From contig NIVC01000010.1 in the NCBI GenBank assembly GCA_002269645.1, positions 992,001 to 1,056,000 on the forward strand: DNA of 64,000 bases, read 5' to 3'. The notes under the pieces were generated by a model. That model saw nothing but the letters and a program-made list of their open reading frames with translations. It was not told where the DNA came from and did no database searches. The position numbers and the translations under genes are program-made. This document shows positions 34,010-47,750 of the stretch, one piece after another. The stretch's first letter is position 1. Each line of letters begins with the position of its first letter. This DNA comes from Macrostomum lignano (lineage: Eukaryota).

Positions 34010-34104
34010 GTTACTCTGTCTACATGCATCTGTCTGTCTTAGTGTCTGTCTCTGTCTTGTCTGTCTTAGTGTCTGTATGTCTGTCTCCGTCTTGTCTGTC
34101 TCTG

Positions 34105-34136
<32 letters not shown>

Positions 34137-34610
34137 TAGTGTCTGTATGTCTGTCTTAGTGTCTGTATGTCTGTCTCTGTCTTGACTGTATGTCTGTCTC
34201 TGTCTTGTCTGTCTGTCTGTCTTAGTGTCTGTATGTCTGTCTCTGTCTTGACTGTATGTCTGTCTCTGTCTTGTCTGTCTGTCTGTCTTAGTGTCTGTAT
34301 GTCTGTCTCCGTCTTGTCTGTATGTCTGTCTCTGTCTTGTCTGTCTTGTCTGTCTGTCTGTCTTAGTGTCTGTATGTCTGTCTCCGTCTTGTCTGTCTCT
34401 ATCTTGTCTGTCTGTCTGTCTTAGTGTCTGTATGTCTGTCTCCGTCTTGTCTGTCTCTGTCTTGTCTGTCTGTCTGTCTGTCTGTCTTAGTGTCTGTATG
34501 TCTGTCTTCGTCTTGTCTGTCTCATTCTTGTCTGTCTGTCTGTCTGTCTGTCTTCGTCTTGTCTCTGTCTGTCTTAGTGTCTGTCTCTGTCTTAGTGTCT
34601 GTCTGTCTGT
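34010..34610. repeat. (TGTC)n-derived microsatellite
   Basis: Direct periodicity. Confidence 0.9.
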
Positions 34611-35125
34611 TGCTAAGTCCCACTTGTTATTCAAGATTATCCTTTAGTGTAAAAACATGATGTAACAAGTGTTTCGATAGCTTGGTTGTCACTATATTTA
34701 ATATTTACTCGCAAAAGTCTTGCATATTCAAATGTGTTTGTCGATGCACACGGGCACACGTATTTACATGTAGGCGTGAGGTTTTATAAGACCAAAATTT
34801 CAGCTTTGACGAAACCTAAAAATTCGAAAAACTTCAACTCTACAAAGCATTACTTAATTCTTCGTCATATGATTTACATTCGATTTACATTTTCAACAAA
34901 ATTATTAGCTCGCACATTGGGTAACCTAAAACTGCAGTAAGTCTACAATGAAGCATGAATCTATATTTATTGCACAATTTTTAAGTGACCTGTTATTCAA
35001 TGTACTATAAATATAAAATCACAGCTGTTACACTGTATGTTGTTTAATATTTTACTAGCTAAACCTGTTGTTTCATACTTTACAACTACTACTAATAAAA
35101 ATTAATTACACCTGTCCCTTTAGAG

Positions 35126-35384
35126 GCAGCTATGTGCAACCGACAGCTCAGCCGCAGCTATTTGCGCGGCGCATCTGAAGGCTGCGTACGGCTGTCCAGT
35201 CCAAGGACTGGGGGGTCGCCACACAGCCTCAATTACCCCAGCTAATGCTGGCACCCATTTTACAGCTGGGCGAACTGAAGCAATGCAGAGTTGTCTTGCT
35301 CAAGGATACAATTCTTTCGATTTACGACTGGATCGAGAATCGAACTCACGAGTGTCAGTCGTGAATACGACTACAACCCTTAGT
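35126..35384 (-). mobile_element. CORE-type SINE, copy 2 (damaged tRNA head)
   Basis: Body nearly identical to the 12.4-kb copy. Confidence 0.82.
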
Positions 35385-35626
35385 AACTGTTTTCAGTATA
35401 AAAAAGATAATATAGTGTCGTCAGTGCAGATATAGTGCACTTTAAAATGAGAAAAACTACATGTATAATTAAAGCATAGAAAATTTTTTTTGGCAAACTT
35501 TCATCGTACCGATATGTCGGTAGTCACGTGATTCATGTGAATTTACATTAAACTTTTAGAAATCCTTGCATGAACTATACAAATACACTGTACAGTACAC
35601 TAAGACTTTTTTATTACAGGCAGCGG

Positions 35627-35966
35627 GCTGTGTGCACCCTGGCGCAATTTAAGCGACATTGTCACACAACCGGCGAGAGGCATTGCTGCCAATTGCGCCG
35701 ACTCCCCTGAGCAGGCACACAAGCGCGCGGATACGTACGCAGGCACACACTCACACAGGAGTGTACAGCGGCCCTAACTTTATTTTATCGTTAGGCATGT
35801 ACACTTCACTGCGCCTTGGGGGGTTGGCTCTCAAGGCCGTTAATTGCACGAGCAGTGCCAAGCCGAGAATCCAATTCAACCCCAAATTAATGTGACTGCA
35901 CTTGGAATCGAGCCTGGGTCGCTGGCACACCAGAGCAGCTGCGCTGGACCACTGGGCTACGGCCCC
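35627..35966 (-). mobile_element. Second tRNA-derived SINE family, about 340 bp
   Basis: Minus strand A box TAGCCCAGTGG and B-like box GGCTCGATTCC. Body shared with 15208-15300; another head fragment at 36121-36156. Confidence 0.55.
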
Positions 35967-37057
35967 TGCTCTTGACCCTTCCCCCTCCTACTTGCAGGCC
36001 GCATAGCCAACATGGGTTCTAACACTTTGTTGTAAGAGGTTTCTAACAGTTTGAAGTTCAAATCAAAGCTGAAAGACAATCTTCGGAAGTTTAGGCAACT
36101 TGTCAACTTAGTTGACACATCAGAACGCCGCGCTAGACCACTGGGCCACAGCCGCCGTGCAGTACTGATCCTTCATTTTCATTATCTAACCCTAAGCAGG
36201 CAGATAAGAAAGGATTAACACGGAAAATGTTACTAGTGTCATTTAGATTAAATCGCTTTATTTCTATCGAAGGCCTTAAAGAGATGAAGAGAGAAAATTA
36301 ATAGTAGGAATTGGTAACGATATTTAGAAAAGCAAAAAACTTTTTTTTAGTTATTTTTTGCAAATTAATCAAGCTACTAGAGTTAAACAAACTTGAAATT
36401 GCCTGGCGCAAAGCAGTTCCCAGATCAATTGCTACACTTGAATAGGTGAAGAATTGCACAATTATTTTGTCTCAATCATTATCGTGCTGCAGTCACATCT
36501 GAACATTCTTATCAATCGATTCGTACGAAAAATACCGACCGTATTCGATGCGCACTACTAACCAAAATAACAGACCATTCGAGTAGCATAGTGAGGGAGA
36601 GAAAAACGCGGAGATTATCGAAAAAAATTAGAAAAAATAATTATATAAAAAAACAGTGAAACAGCGCGACAAAGCCGGGGTCGGTTTTCTTTAAGGCGAA
36701 GGCAACAACGTTTTCCAAATGTGAATTCACGGGTTCGAGTACAGCAACGCAAAATATACTGATAAAAGAAAATATTAATTATGGATACTTTACGTTGAGT
36801 TTTGTTTTGAGAGATTTTTCAGAAGCATTTAAAGTCGTTACGGATGCAGCTGCAAAATTGCATAAACAAATAAACATTGACAAATAAATGTTTTATTTGT
36901 TATATTAAACCAAGCAGAAGTGAATTGAGTTAAGCACGCCGATGAAACTGAATAAAAAAAGGCAAAATTAAATTTCGTTAAACTGTCCGTTTCGACCGGG
37001 TTTTTACCGTGCGGTGAATACAAAGTCGGCGTTATTGAGGCAAGCGACAACCACATC

Positions 37058-37940
37058 TAGCTGTCACATCTAGCTGTCACACTGCAGCACATCTAACTGT
37101 CACACTGCAGCACATCTAGCTGTCACACTGCAGCACATCTAGCTGTCACACTGCAGCACATCTAGCTGTCACACTGCAGCACATCTACCTGTCACACTGC
37201 AGCACATCTAGCTGTCACACTGCAGCACATCTAGCTGTCACACTGCAGCACATCTAGCTGTCACACTGCAGCACATCTAGCTGTCACACTGCAGTACATC
37301 TAACTGTCACACTGCAGCACATCTAGCTGTCACACTGCAGCACATCTAACTGTCACACTGCAGCACATCTAGCTGTCACACTGCAGCACATCTAGCTGTC
37401 ACACTGCAGCACATCTAACTGTCACACTGCAGCACATCTAGCTGTCACACTGCAGCACATCTAACTGTCACACTGCAGTACATCTAACTGTCACACTGCA
37501 GCACATCTAGCTGTCACACTGCAGCATATCCACCTGTCACACTGCAGCACATCTAGCTGTCACACTGCAGCACATCTAGCTGTCACACTGCAGCACATCT
37601 AGCTGTCACACTGCAGCACATCTAGCTGTCACACTGCAGTACATCTAACTGTCACACTGCAGCACATCTAGCTGTCACACTGCAGCACATCTAACTGTCA
37701 CACTGCAGCACATCTAGCTGTCACACTGCAGCACATCTAGCTGTCACACTGCAGCACATCTAACTGTCACATCTAGCTGTCACACTGCAGCACATCTAGC
37801 TGTCACACTGCAGCACATCTAGCTGTCACACTGCAGCACATCTAGCTGTCACACTGCAGCACATCTAGCTGTCACACTGCAGCACATCTAGCTGTCACAC
37901 TACAGCACATCTAGCTGTCACACTGCAGCATATCCACCTA
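37058..37940. repeat. 23-bp minisatellite (GCTGTCACACTGCAGCACATCTA)
   Basis: Period 23 (37081/37104). Confidence 0.93.
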
Positions 37941-38242
37941 CCTACTACTAATAGAAATCGTACAAGAACTTGCAAATCGCAGGCAAGAGAAACCGATTCA
38001 TACCAACAATAACATCATCAATTAACATAATTATTAATTAACTACTGTACAATACAACTATTGATTATTATTATAATTAGGACAATGGCCCAATACGAAC
38101 TACAATTGGGTGAGTATCTCCGAGAAGTGACTGCTATAAGTAATAAAATAATTAAATAACGATACTGAATAGTCAGCTTAGGCTATTATTGTCTTCTGAC
38201 GGATTTACTGTTCAATTTAATTTCTAGATTAATAAAAATTTA

Positions 38243-40775
38243 TTAATATTCGTCAGGCTCGCCGTTGTCGGCGGCCTCTGGCGGGGCGAAGCCCTCCTCA
38301 GTCTGGTACAGCACGTCCAGAATGCGGTGAATCTGTTCGCTGTCCTCGGACTCCTGGCAGATGATCTCCACGCTGCGCAGCTTGTTAAAATAGAAGTCCC
38401 GCTCCTTCATCAGGCCGTCAATGCTCTGCTGGTCTTCGTTGTGCTGCTGGTTCAGGTCGTCCACCTGGGGAGGGCGGCCCGGCGAATGGGGAGGATTAGG
38501 TGGCTGATGGCCCTGGAGGTGTGGGATTAAGCTTGCTGCTGGATGTGGGATTAAGCTTGCTGCTGGGTGTGGGATTAAGCTTGCTGCTGGGTGTGGGATT
38601 AAGCTTGCTGCTGGATGTGGGATTAAGCTTGCTGCTAGGTGTGGGATTAAGCTTGCTGCTGGGTGTGGGATTAAGCTTGCTGCTGGATGTGGGATTAAGC
38701 TTGCTGCTAGGTGTGGGATTATGCTTGCTGCTGGGTGTGGGATTAAGCTTGCTGCTGGGTGTGGGATTAAGCTTGCTGGTGCTCGTGTGGGATTAAGCTT
38801 GCTGGTGCTGGTGTGGGATTAAGCTTGCTGCTGGGTGTGGGATTAAGATTGCTGGTGTGGGATTAGGCTCACTGGTGCTGGTGCTAACTGGAACACAAGT
38901 ACGCACCTGGATACGCAGTTCGGCCATCTCAGCCTCCAGCCGCTGCTGGTTAGCATTGGGAGCCGCTGCCGGCTGGTGGGCCGGAGCTGGCGGATGCGCT
39001 GGCGCCGGGGCGGCAGCGGCTCTTGTTGGCACCGGCTTCGGCGGCGTCCGATTCGGCTGCCGCATGCCTCCGCCGGCGCCGGCAGGGGCGCGGCCAGCAG
39101 CTGGGCCGGCGGCAGGCGCCCGGTTGTCGCCTCTAGCAGCAGCCGGAGCCGCCGCAGGCTGACTGTGCGCGCCGGCGGGCCTGGCCTTGCCAGAGCCGGT
39201 GATTGGCTCGCCGCCGCGGGCAGCCAGGGCGTCGTATTCGATTCCGGTGTAATTGGCGTCGAAGAATCGTTTGAACCATTGCACGAATTCGAAGTTGTCT
39301 TGGAAACGCGCTTTGACCAGGCGCTCGATTGGTACCTCCTGGGTAATAGTTTGATGGTTGAAATCGTTTTGGTGGAAACTTTTAACTAATTCTGGAGTTT
39401 GGAGGGAATTCCCGCAGTGAATGACCTTGGGGGAACTCTAATCATACTTAGAATGGAAGTCCCGCAGTGAATGACCTTGGGGGAACTCTAATCATACTTA
39501 GAATGGAAGTCCCGCAGTGAATGACCTTGGGGGAACTCTAATCATACTTAGAATGGAAGTCCCGCAGTGAATGACCTTGGGGGAACTCTAATCATACTTA
39601 GAATGGAAGTCCCGCAGTGAATGACCTTGGGGGAACTCTAATCATACTTAGAATGGAAGTCCCGCAGTGAATGACCTTGGGGGAACTCTAATCATACTTA
39701 GAATGGAAGTCCCGCAGTGAATGACCTTGGGGAACTCTAATCATACTTAGAATGGAAGTCCCGCAGTGAATGACCTTGGGGAACTCTAATCATACTTAGA
39801 ATGGAAGTCCCGCAGTGAATGGCCTTGGGGGAACTCTAATCATACTTAGAATGGAAGTCCCGCAGTGAATGACCTTGGGGGAACTCTAATCATACTTAGA
39901 ATGGAAGTCCCGCAGTGAATGACCTTGGGGGAACTCTAATCATACTTAGAATGGAAGTCCCGCAGTGAATGACCTTGGGGGAACTCTAATCATACTTAGA
40001 ATGGAAGTCCCGCAGTGAATGACCTTGGGGGAACTCTAATCATACTTAGAATGGAAGTCCCGCAGTGAATGACCTTGGGGGAACTCTAACGTCTCTAATC
40101 ATACTTAAAATGGAAGTCCCGCAGTGAATGACCTTGGGGGAACTCTAACGTCTCTAATCATACTTAAAATGGAAGTCCCGCAGTGAATGACCTTGGGGGA
40201 ACTCTAATCATACTTAAAATGGAAGTCCCGCAGTGAATGACCTTGGGGAATTTCTAATCATACTTAGAATGGAAGTCCCGCAGTGAATGACCTTGGGGGA
40301 ACTCTAATCATACCTAGAATGGAAGTCCCGCAGTGAATGACCTTGGGGGAACTCCAATCAAACTCACAATGGAATTTCCAAATTGAACGACCTTGGGGAA
40401 CTCCATATCTCACCTTATCAACGCCGTGTTTTTTAAACAGTGCCTGCAGCACTTTGAAATTGCTGATAAACTCGTGCTCTAATTTGGTATTAAATTTCAC
40501 CTTTTTAAAGGGCAGAGTACCTGAATAATGATGAATTTGATGATGTTAGAATAAGTAAAAAACAAAAACACTGCATTATTTAATAAATGAATAATGTAAA
40601 ACGTACCCGGAAACAGCATGTCCATAAATTGGCAATAGACAGCCCCAGAGGCTAGTTCTTCAATTTTGCCTAAATTGGCCTGCAAACAGGTATTAATCCA
40701 ATCCAGGATGTCATGCCTACTCAAATTATCAGTTGTTTGCGATGTCGAGTGAACGTTGACAGCTTGCTGGGCCAT
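38243..40775 (-). CDS. MAPRE1: Microtubule end-binding protein EB1, 309 aa; exons 40775-40607, 40520-40414, 39338-38907, 38464-38243
   Basis: CH domain [12 protein letters not shown]...[33 protein letters not shown]; [16 protein letters not shown]; acidic tail ending EY. 930 nt in frame. Confidence 0.95.
38515..38875. repeat. 24-bp minisatellite (GTGTGGGATTAAGCTTGCTGCTGG), EB1 intron 3
   Basis: Direct periodicity. Confidence 0.9.
39408..40400. repeat. 50-bp minisatellite (GAATGGAAGTCCCGCAGTGAATGACCTTGGGGGAACTCTAATCATACTTA), EB1 intron 2
   Basis: Period 50 (39451/39501). Confidence 0.93.
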
Positions 40776-41762
40776 ACTTATTAATGAAGTTATGCTCTGC
40801 TGCTTCTGCTAGCTGAAAATAACAATTTATGCAGTTTGTGCATACTGTGGCAGTAAAACCTACAGCAGATACCACAGATACTGGAATAACTAGATGGGCT
40901 ACTCAAGCACATTTGCGTGTAAGCTACTTTTAGTTCAGTAGTAGGTTAGACATGCATTTTAATGTATTTGTAAAGCCATGGCTCATTTATTGGCTCTTAC
41001 CCACCTCCCAGCTTAAACCCTCAAACTGTGCCTTTCCCACTAACCCCCCTCCTGCCCTGCCCCAATTTTTATTGCCCAGTGGTCTGGCCAATGTACATTA
41101 CTGCTGAACCAATTAGCTAGTTGTTTACGCCTGCAAGCTTGGGGGCTTCTAAACTTATTTTTTTATTGTCATTTCAGCTGCCTTTATTTTTTTATAAAAT
41201 AGCTTATGTACTCTTCTTTGTTATTGAGCTGAAAGTAGAAAGCTGTTTTACTAAGTTGTATATATGCCTGAGTGGCCCATCTAGTTATTTTAGTATCTGT
41301 GACAGATAGAAAAGTTTACCTAGAAAATTGAACTAGCCTATATGATTGTTAAAGGTAGAGGTTCTTTAAAATGAAATTTTCAATAGCATAAAATTAAGCA
41401 TAGTGATGAAATGCTATTAAATACTTATCAGTAGTATATACTATGATCATGACTAAGTACACAAGAAAAATACAAGAATATAATCAATAAGAACAAACTA
41501 AATATAAATGCTAAATCAGGCCTAGCAACAAAAAATAAACAAAAAACTATGCTATACTAGGCCTAGTTAATCATTATATTTATTATTTCGATTGTTATTA
41601 ATTTCACTTTTTTATAAAAATATCAGGCAGCTTGCACTTGCAGTGCAAAAATTAGAGATCCAAATATCAATGACCTTATCCTTGATTGGTATTGGTATTG
41701 TATACTAGCTTATATATATCCAGGCTAAAAAGCATAGCCTAGACCCAATGGCATTCTTGTTA

Positions 41763-43925
41763 GGCATTTTTGTTATACAATCCCCCCATAAAAGATGCAG
41801 TCAAAGAATAGAAACCAGACAAAACGTTATCTGAGTCAAAGGCACTGCATTAAGGCAGTTTCAATTGATGTCTATTTGAAGTAGAGTTCAACCAAAAAGA
41901 GGCAATCAAACAAAGCCTTGACAAGATTCTTGGCAAGAGGGACATATCTATATTCACTTTCATTATACAATCATTTAAATGGAGGAAATGTATGCAAAGG
42001 GATCAGATAACAAAACTTGGGCTTTTCATCAATTTTGTAATACAATCCCCCAAGTCAAAAATTTGTTTGTAGGGGATTGTATATGTAGTGACTGGCTGCT
42101 AACTGGTTATTCAGCAGCATTCACTAGCTTTCCCTAAGAGTGCTGTGATCTGCTGCACAGTAGCTCAGTCCACCTGATCTAGTAAGAGAGATACTCTGTG
42201 CTGGGCCTATGTGTTTACTGCCCAATGACTCATCGCCTGAGTGGGTGTGGGTAGCCACACTCAATGTCTTCCCACTCGCGCTAAGGAGGCGTTGCAGGAT
42301 GACTCATCACCTGCGCGGAGTGTAAGGGCTGCCTAGAGGGAGTAAACAGGATGATCATCCGCCCACGATTCTATTTTTAGCACAGACTAAGCACGTGACT
42401 GTGCATGCACTCTGTGCGTGGCCACTGACCTTGAGTCACGCCACTGCTGCGTGACAAAGTTGCCTTATTTGGAAGTTGGCCTTGGATCACGCGTCGCCCG
42501 CATGATTCCAATGCCCAAATAAGGAAGTTTCACGCGCTCACCGCATGAAACTCACGTGACTTTTGGGGGTCCGCTTGGCTATAAATACGGAGCATCTGCA
42601 AGCCATTTTTCTCCAGATCGTGTCATCTTGCCTGGGCTCAACCGGAGCTGCTTCTTTGCCTCCGAGCTCTCCTCTCTCATTTCAGGTTTTCAGGTTTTTA
42701 GGTTTGAGCAGAATTCTACTAAGACGATCGACTGTCGGGAAATTTTTCAGATTTGCCTTTGCTCCAAGCAACTTTGTTATTTTTCTTTCAGGTGACGGAT
42801 AGACAACTCTGCCAACGCGTCGAGTCCACACACCAAGGTGGCAGCAACCCTACCAAGTCATGGCTAATGTTTTAGGTTCATTTTCAGGCAAATTGATAGG
42901 TAGTACTGTGGTGCTATCTAGCTTCTTCAGGAGCAGCGGGTTCTAATTTCTAGGAACATCTTCGAGAACCCGAGGAGAGGCACTTTACATGTACATACTG
43001 TATATCAAAAATGAAATCAAGGTATCATACTTATAGATGAAGTAAAGATGGTTCATATTATTGTACTAGTGCTATGCCTTTGTAATAGTATACTCGAATG
43101 TTCTTTCAATGTAATAGCTATATATTTGAATAATATTGTAACCTTTCTTAGAAACTGAATCTACGCGAAACGCTAAATAATAGTTTGCACCAAATGTTTG
43201 TTATAATACAGTAAAATCATTTGTTTTAATGCGGGAAATAAATTAGGGAATTATTTTTTTATAAATATATCGGGAAATCAGGGGTATATATAGGAGCAGT
43301 TTTGCCGCAAATATACTCCAACTGTCCTTTACCCGTGAGCAAATATTGCGAACAAAATAAGCAGTTCAATCTAAACCTTTCAAAGTCTTTCGAGTTGAAT
43401 AGCGACTTATTCATTTGCAAAGTCTGAGAAACAATTCCAAGAGATTTGCTAAGAAAAGGGAATCGGGGAAGGGGGGTTCAAAAAAGAGAAGGGAGGGATG
43501 CCAAAAAAATCACAACTTACTTTTATGGAATCTTTATCAGGTAGCCTAGACAAGGGGTTAGACAAGGTCAAGGTATACGATCCCTTGCAAACAAATTTTC
43601 GACTTGGGGGATTGTATTACAAAATTGATGAAAAGCCCAAGTTTCATTATCCAATCCCTTTGCATACATTTCCTCCATTTGAATGATTGTATGACAAAAG
43701 TGAATATAGATATATGCCTACTTTTGCTAAGAATCGTGGCTTGACTTACTTGACTTAGCTGCAGGGGATGTCAGGCAGATGCAGCGAGGTGGAGGAGACA
43801 GCCCATTCCACTAGCCTTACAATTAAATAGGGTAGGCCTAATTGCACTTCAAATATACTCCACTGGCACTGATATGCAAACAAGACTCCTATCTTTTACA
43901 CAGGGGATTGTATAACAAAAGTGCC
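41763..43925. mobile_element. 2.2-kb foldback element with ~320-bp imperfect inverted arms
   Basis: 41941-42083 is close to the reverse complement of 43575-43718; outer 23-mers GGCA(T/C)TTTTGTTATACAATCCCC match; repeated ATACAATCCCC motif. No clear TSD. Confidence 0.65.
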
Positions 43926-44121
43926 ATGTTCTATAGAACAATTTCTATAGTTTACAATTCTATAGAATACAATTACCCCTTACAATTGCCCCTTACAATT
44001 TCTATAGAACTATAGAACCATAGAACCATTTGTTCTATATTGTAAGGGGATCATAAAATGACAAAAGAATGCTGACCCAACTATGTTGGCCTAGGCCTAG
44101 TCATGGTTTATTATAATGAAT

Positions 44122-44754
44122 CCGGTCCATTTCGGCGACAAACCATTTTGGTGACACCCATTTTGATGACAGGTTGATTTGGCAACAACCATTTTGGCGA
44201 CAATTCTTAAAAAGGATTTTGAATATATTCTTATCTCATAGCTACAAAAAATTTCAGAACTTACACAAATTACAACCTTTGATTAAATGTTGTTAAAACA
44301 AATTATAGTGTAAAACAATTTACATTAAACTTTACAAGCTTTGTTAAAACTATGTTAAAACAATTTTTAATGTAAAACTTAAAACAAATGAATTACAATA
44401 AGATTATAAGAAATTAATGTTCTTAAGAAACAACGAGAAAATTTGAATTCCAATTCAAAATTACAATTTGTGTATGATGTTTACTCTTCCACGGGGGCAT
44501 TCATACCACTGCATGCAAACAGCAACGCCTCAAGAGTTCTGGTGCCGGCCTCGTACTCCGCCCAACAGTTTCAACAAAATGCCTGCTGGGGGGGGGGGTC
44601 ATGTCAGCTGGGGGTAGTTCACTGTACCATAGATACTTGTAATTTTTCTATCATATTTGTCGACAAAATGGTCGTCGCCGAATTGACCTGTCGCCAAAAT
44701 GGGTGTCACCGAAATGGTTTGTCGCCGAAATGGTTTGTTGCCGAAATGGACAGG
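44122..44754. mobile_element. MITE whose ~80-95-bp TIRs are built from 15-bp CCATTTCGGCGACAA units
   Basis: 44122-44205 is inverted at 44658-44754; AT-rich interior. Confidence 0.7.
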
Positions 44755-44769
44755 TACCTATTATAACTA

Positions 44770-47750
44770 CCCTAGTTGACAATTTTACATTTTTGCCTTG
44801 CAAGATCTGACAAAGCTTACAAATCTTGACAGATCTGGGATAAACTGGTAGGAATCTGCGAGTCATAGCTAGAAATTAAATAGCATATGAGTCATTAAAA
44901 CCTGGCTTCAAATAGTCCACAACCAATGAATTTGCATTTGAAGAAGTAATTCTGCCTCTTAATAAACATTTTGCATTGTTTTTTCACCTATAAGATCTGA
45001 CCAAATATGGCAAGACATGGCAATACAAATTTTATCCGAGAAAATTAAAACGATCAACCATAGTGATATCAGCCACTATATAAGAGATATTAATTCATCT
45101 ATATGCAGCTGTTTTCCTGATTTTTTGCACTTTTTGCAATCAGCAAATATTACAAAATCTTATCAGATCTTGTCATTAACAACAATGTAAAAGTTTTTCA
45201 TTTTTACTATAAATAGTAAAAATGGGAAAATTGGCTGCAAATAAATTATAAAATGCATTTGCTTTTCTAAAATTATATAAAATCATGTGCTTAAAGTTTT
45301 AAATATCAGCAAATCTTGTATATTTTTATAGAAATTAATAATTGTGAGAACTGTTACATTTTTGTAGTCTAAATTGTTTTACTTTGCTTTTTTTCTAGCC
45401 TTTTTTCAAATTGTTTTTTTCGCTTTTTGCTTTCTTAGAGACCAGTCTGCCGCTAGCTAAGTGCAAGTTTCATAAGTCTAGTATCCTGGCATTTTTTAAC
45501 TTCCAATTTTAAGAGTTATAGCATTGTTTTATAATTTTGGTTAATTATCTATATCGTAGATCTCTATATCCACTAACTAATAGTCCTATCAACCTATATA
45601 TGAATGTAATTAATAAGAGCTTAAAATGCTTGAGTGGGCTGATCTATTTTAAATGTTTAGCTTGTTAAGTAATGCTTAATAGACCCTTGCATTCAACCTC
45701 GAAATTGTCTGTTTATTTTTAGGTTCAGGCCAGGCTAAATATTATTTATCAAGTTGATGTTGATGGTTATACAAGCGTAGCTTATTTTATATATTATATA
45801 TTCTACTAAGTTATAATTTTAAATTACAAAATAATAAATCCATTCTATTATCTTGTTCATAACTTTAAAGGTTTAGATTTTCCTTGTTTTAGGTTTGTTT
45901 TTTAGGCTAGGCAGTAGGCTTATCAAGTACAACTTTTATCATTTAAATTAAATGTCTAAAGTAAAGACAAAGTGGCTAAAGCCTAGGCAATATTTATATT
46001 TTTGGAATTTATATATTTACTAAACTTTTCTTTAATATACTTTTTATTGTAGCTTTTACTAAAAATTAATTTAAGATATTTCACCTTGGTACCTTGGTTG
46101 TTTGTATATAAAATTAAAAGAATAATTTTTTGTAAAAAATATAACTTATATAACATTTGACATAATCAATGGTATATAAAATTTAGTTTGACTATTTTTG
46201 AAATAAGCCTTGCTCTTGCTTGAATATTTCTTGAATAAATTTTTCAGTTAAAGTTATTTGGAAGCTATATATGTTAATACTCATATTTTTGGTAATAATA
46301 TTATAATAGTCTAAATGCAAATAATATTTTTTCTATTATGAGAAAAAAGTAGGTATTATGGGAAGATTCTATGGTAGAAAAGGGATTCTATAAAAGGAGA
46401 AAGGGTTCTATTGGAAAGAAAAGAGATTTGACAAAGAAAATAGGACTCTATAAAAGGGGACAGATTCTTTAGAATAATGGATATGTTATTAAAGAGAATT
46501 GAGTCCTTATAATTCCAATAATTTTAATTCAATGGGTTTCAATTATACAGGTTTTAATTCTATATGTCTCAATAGCTTGCAACTTTTTAAGGTAGCTGAA
46601 CTTTTAGTGAAAAAGTTGAATTTAGTTATATATATTCTAATTATAATTACTTTATAAATGAAGTTTAATTGGCATAGATTTGGATTCTCGCTCTAAATTA
46701 TTGTACCTTTTTTGCACTTTCAGCTGATGGCAGGCCAACCTATGGCACCCACAACAGTTGTACCTCCTGCAGAGCTTCAGAACAGCCTTGTCCTATAAAA
46801 TCTGGCTGTTTAATTAATTGTACTACTACCAATGCTGTTCATCTTGTTTTTTCATAGCAATTTTTTTATTTAAAGGCTTTCTATATGTAACACTGTAAGT
46901 AATTTTTAGTTTTATTGGTCCTTTGTTTCTGTAAGTGTAGGTTTTCTATTTATTTTATATTAACTTGATATTACTGTGAGTAAAACAAATGTTTAAGATA
47001 TTTAAATATATAAAATATTATTTAGATATATAAAATATTTAAACTTACTTAAAGTGCCAAAAAATGCAATACTGGACTGCAATTTCATCATGCTTTCTTT
47101 GTACTTTATACATATTAATAAAGTACATGTCAAGTTTTTTTTGTTGTTTTAAGTTTTGAACTATGGAAAAAATTATTTTGCTTTACTGATAATTCTTAGT
47201 ATTTTTAAAGTTAAATCCTTTTAGACAGGCCTAAGCTGTGAGTACTGTGAAGCCTTTTTGACTTTGACTTTTTACTATTAATTATATTCTATATTCAATC
47301 CAATAATCATTTAAATTACAATTTAGTTCTTTTTTAAATCAAGACAATTAAATTTTTGGTGCTTTCTTTCACTGTTAATTTTTTTTCTAACAGTTTAATT
47401 CATGAGTAGCTATTTAGTCATAGATAAAGTTTGGATCTTGAATCTATTGGGCATATCAGATCAGATCTTTTGCTATTTTGTGAACCAAACAGGCAAACGG
47501 CATGAATTTATTGAACTGGATTAGACACTAACCATTGAAAAATACATGTAGATGTCTTACGAATTCATTTAAGATCTGGTAGCTATTGTACAAGATCTGC
47601 TAGCTATCTTACAAGATCTGTTGCTATCTTACTAGATCTGACAAAATCTGGCAAGAAAGTCCAAATCAATTTACTTATAAGATCTTAAATGATCTTAAAA
47701 GATAGGTAAGACAGATTCTGCAAGATTCAGTAAGTCATTGTCAACTAGGG
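44770..47750. mobile_element. Non-autonomous CMC-like element, 2981 bp
   Basis: Perfect 14-bp TIR CCCTAGTTGACAAT / ATTGTCAACTAGGG, TA on both flanks, subterminal AGATCT repeats; no ORF. Confidence 0.78.
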
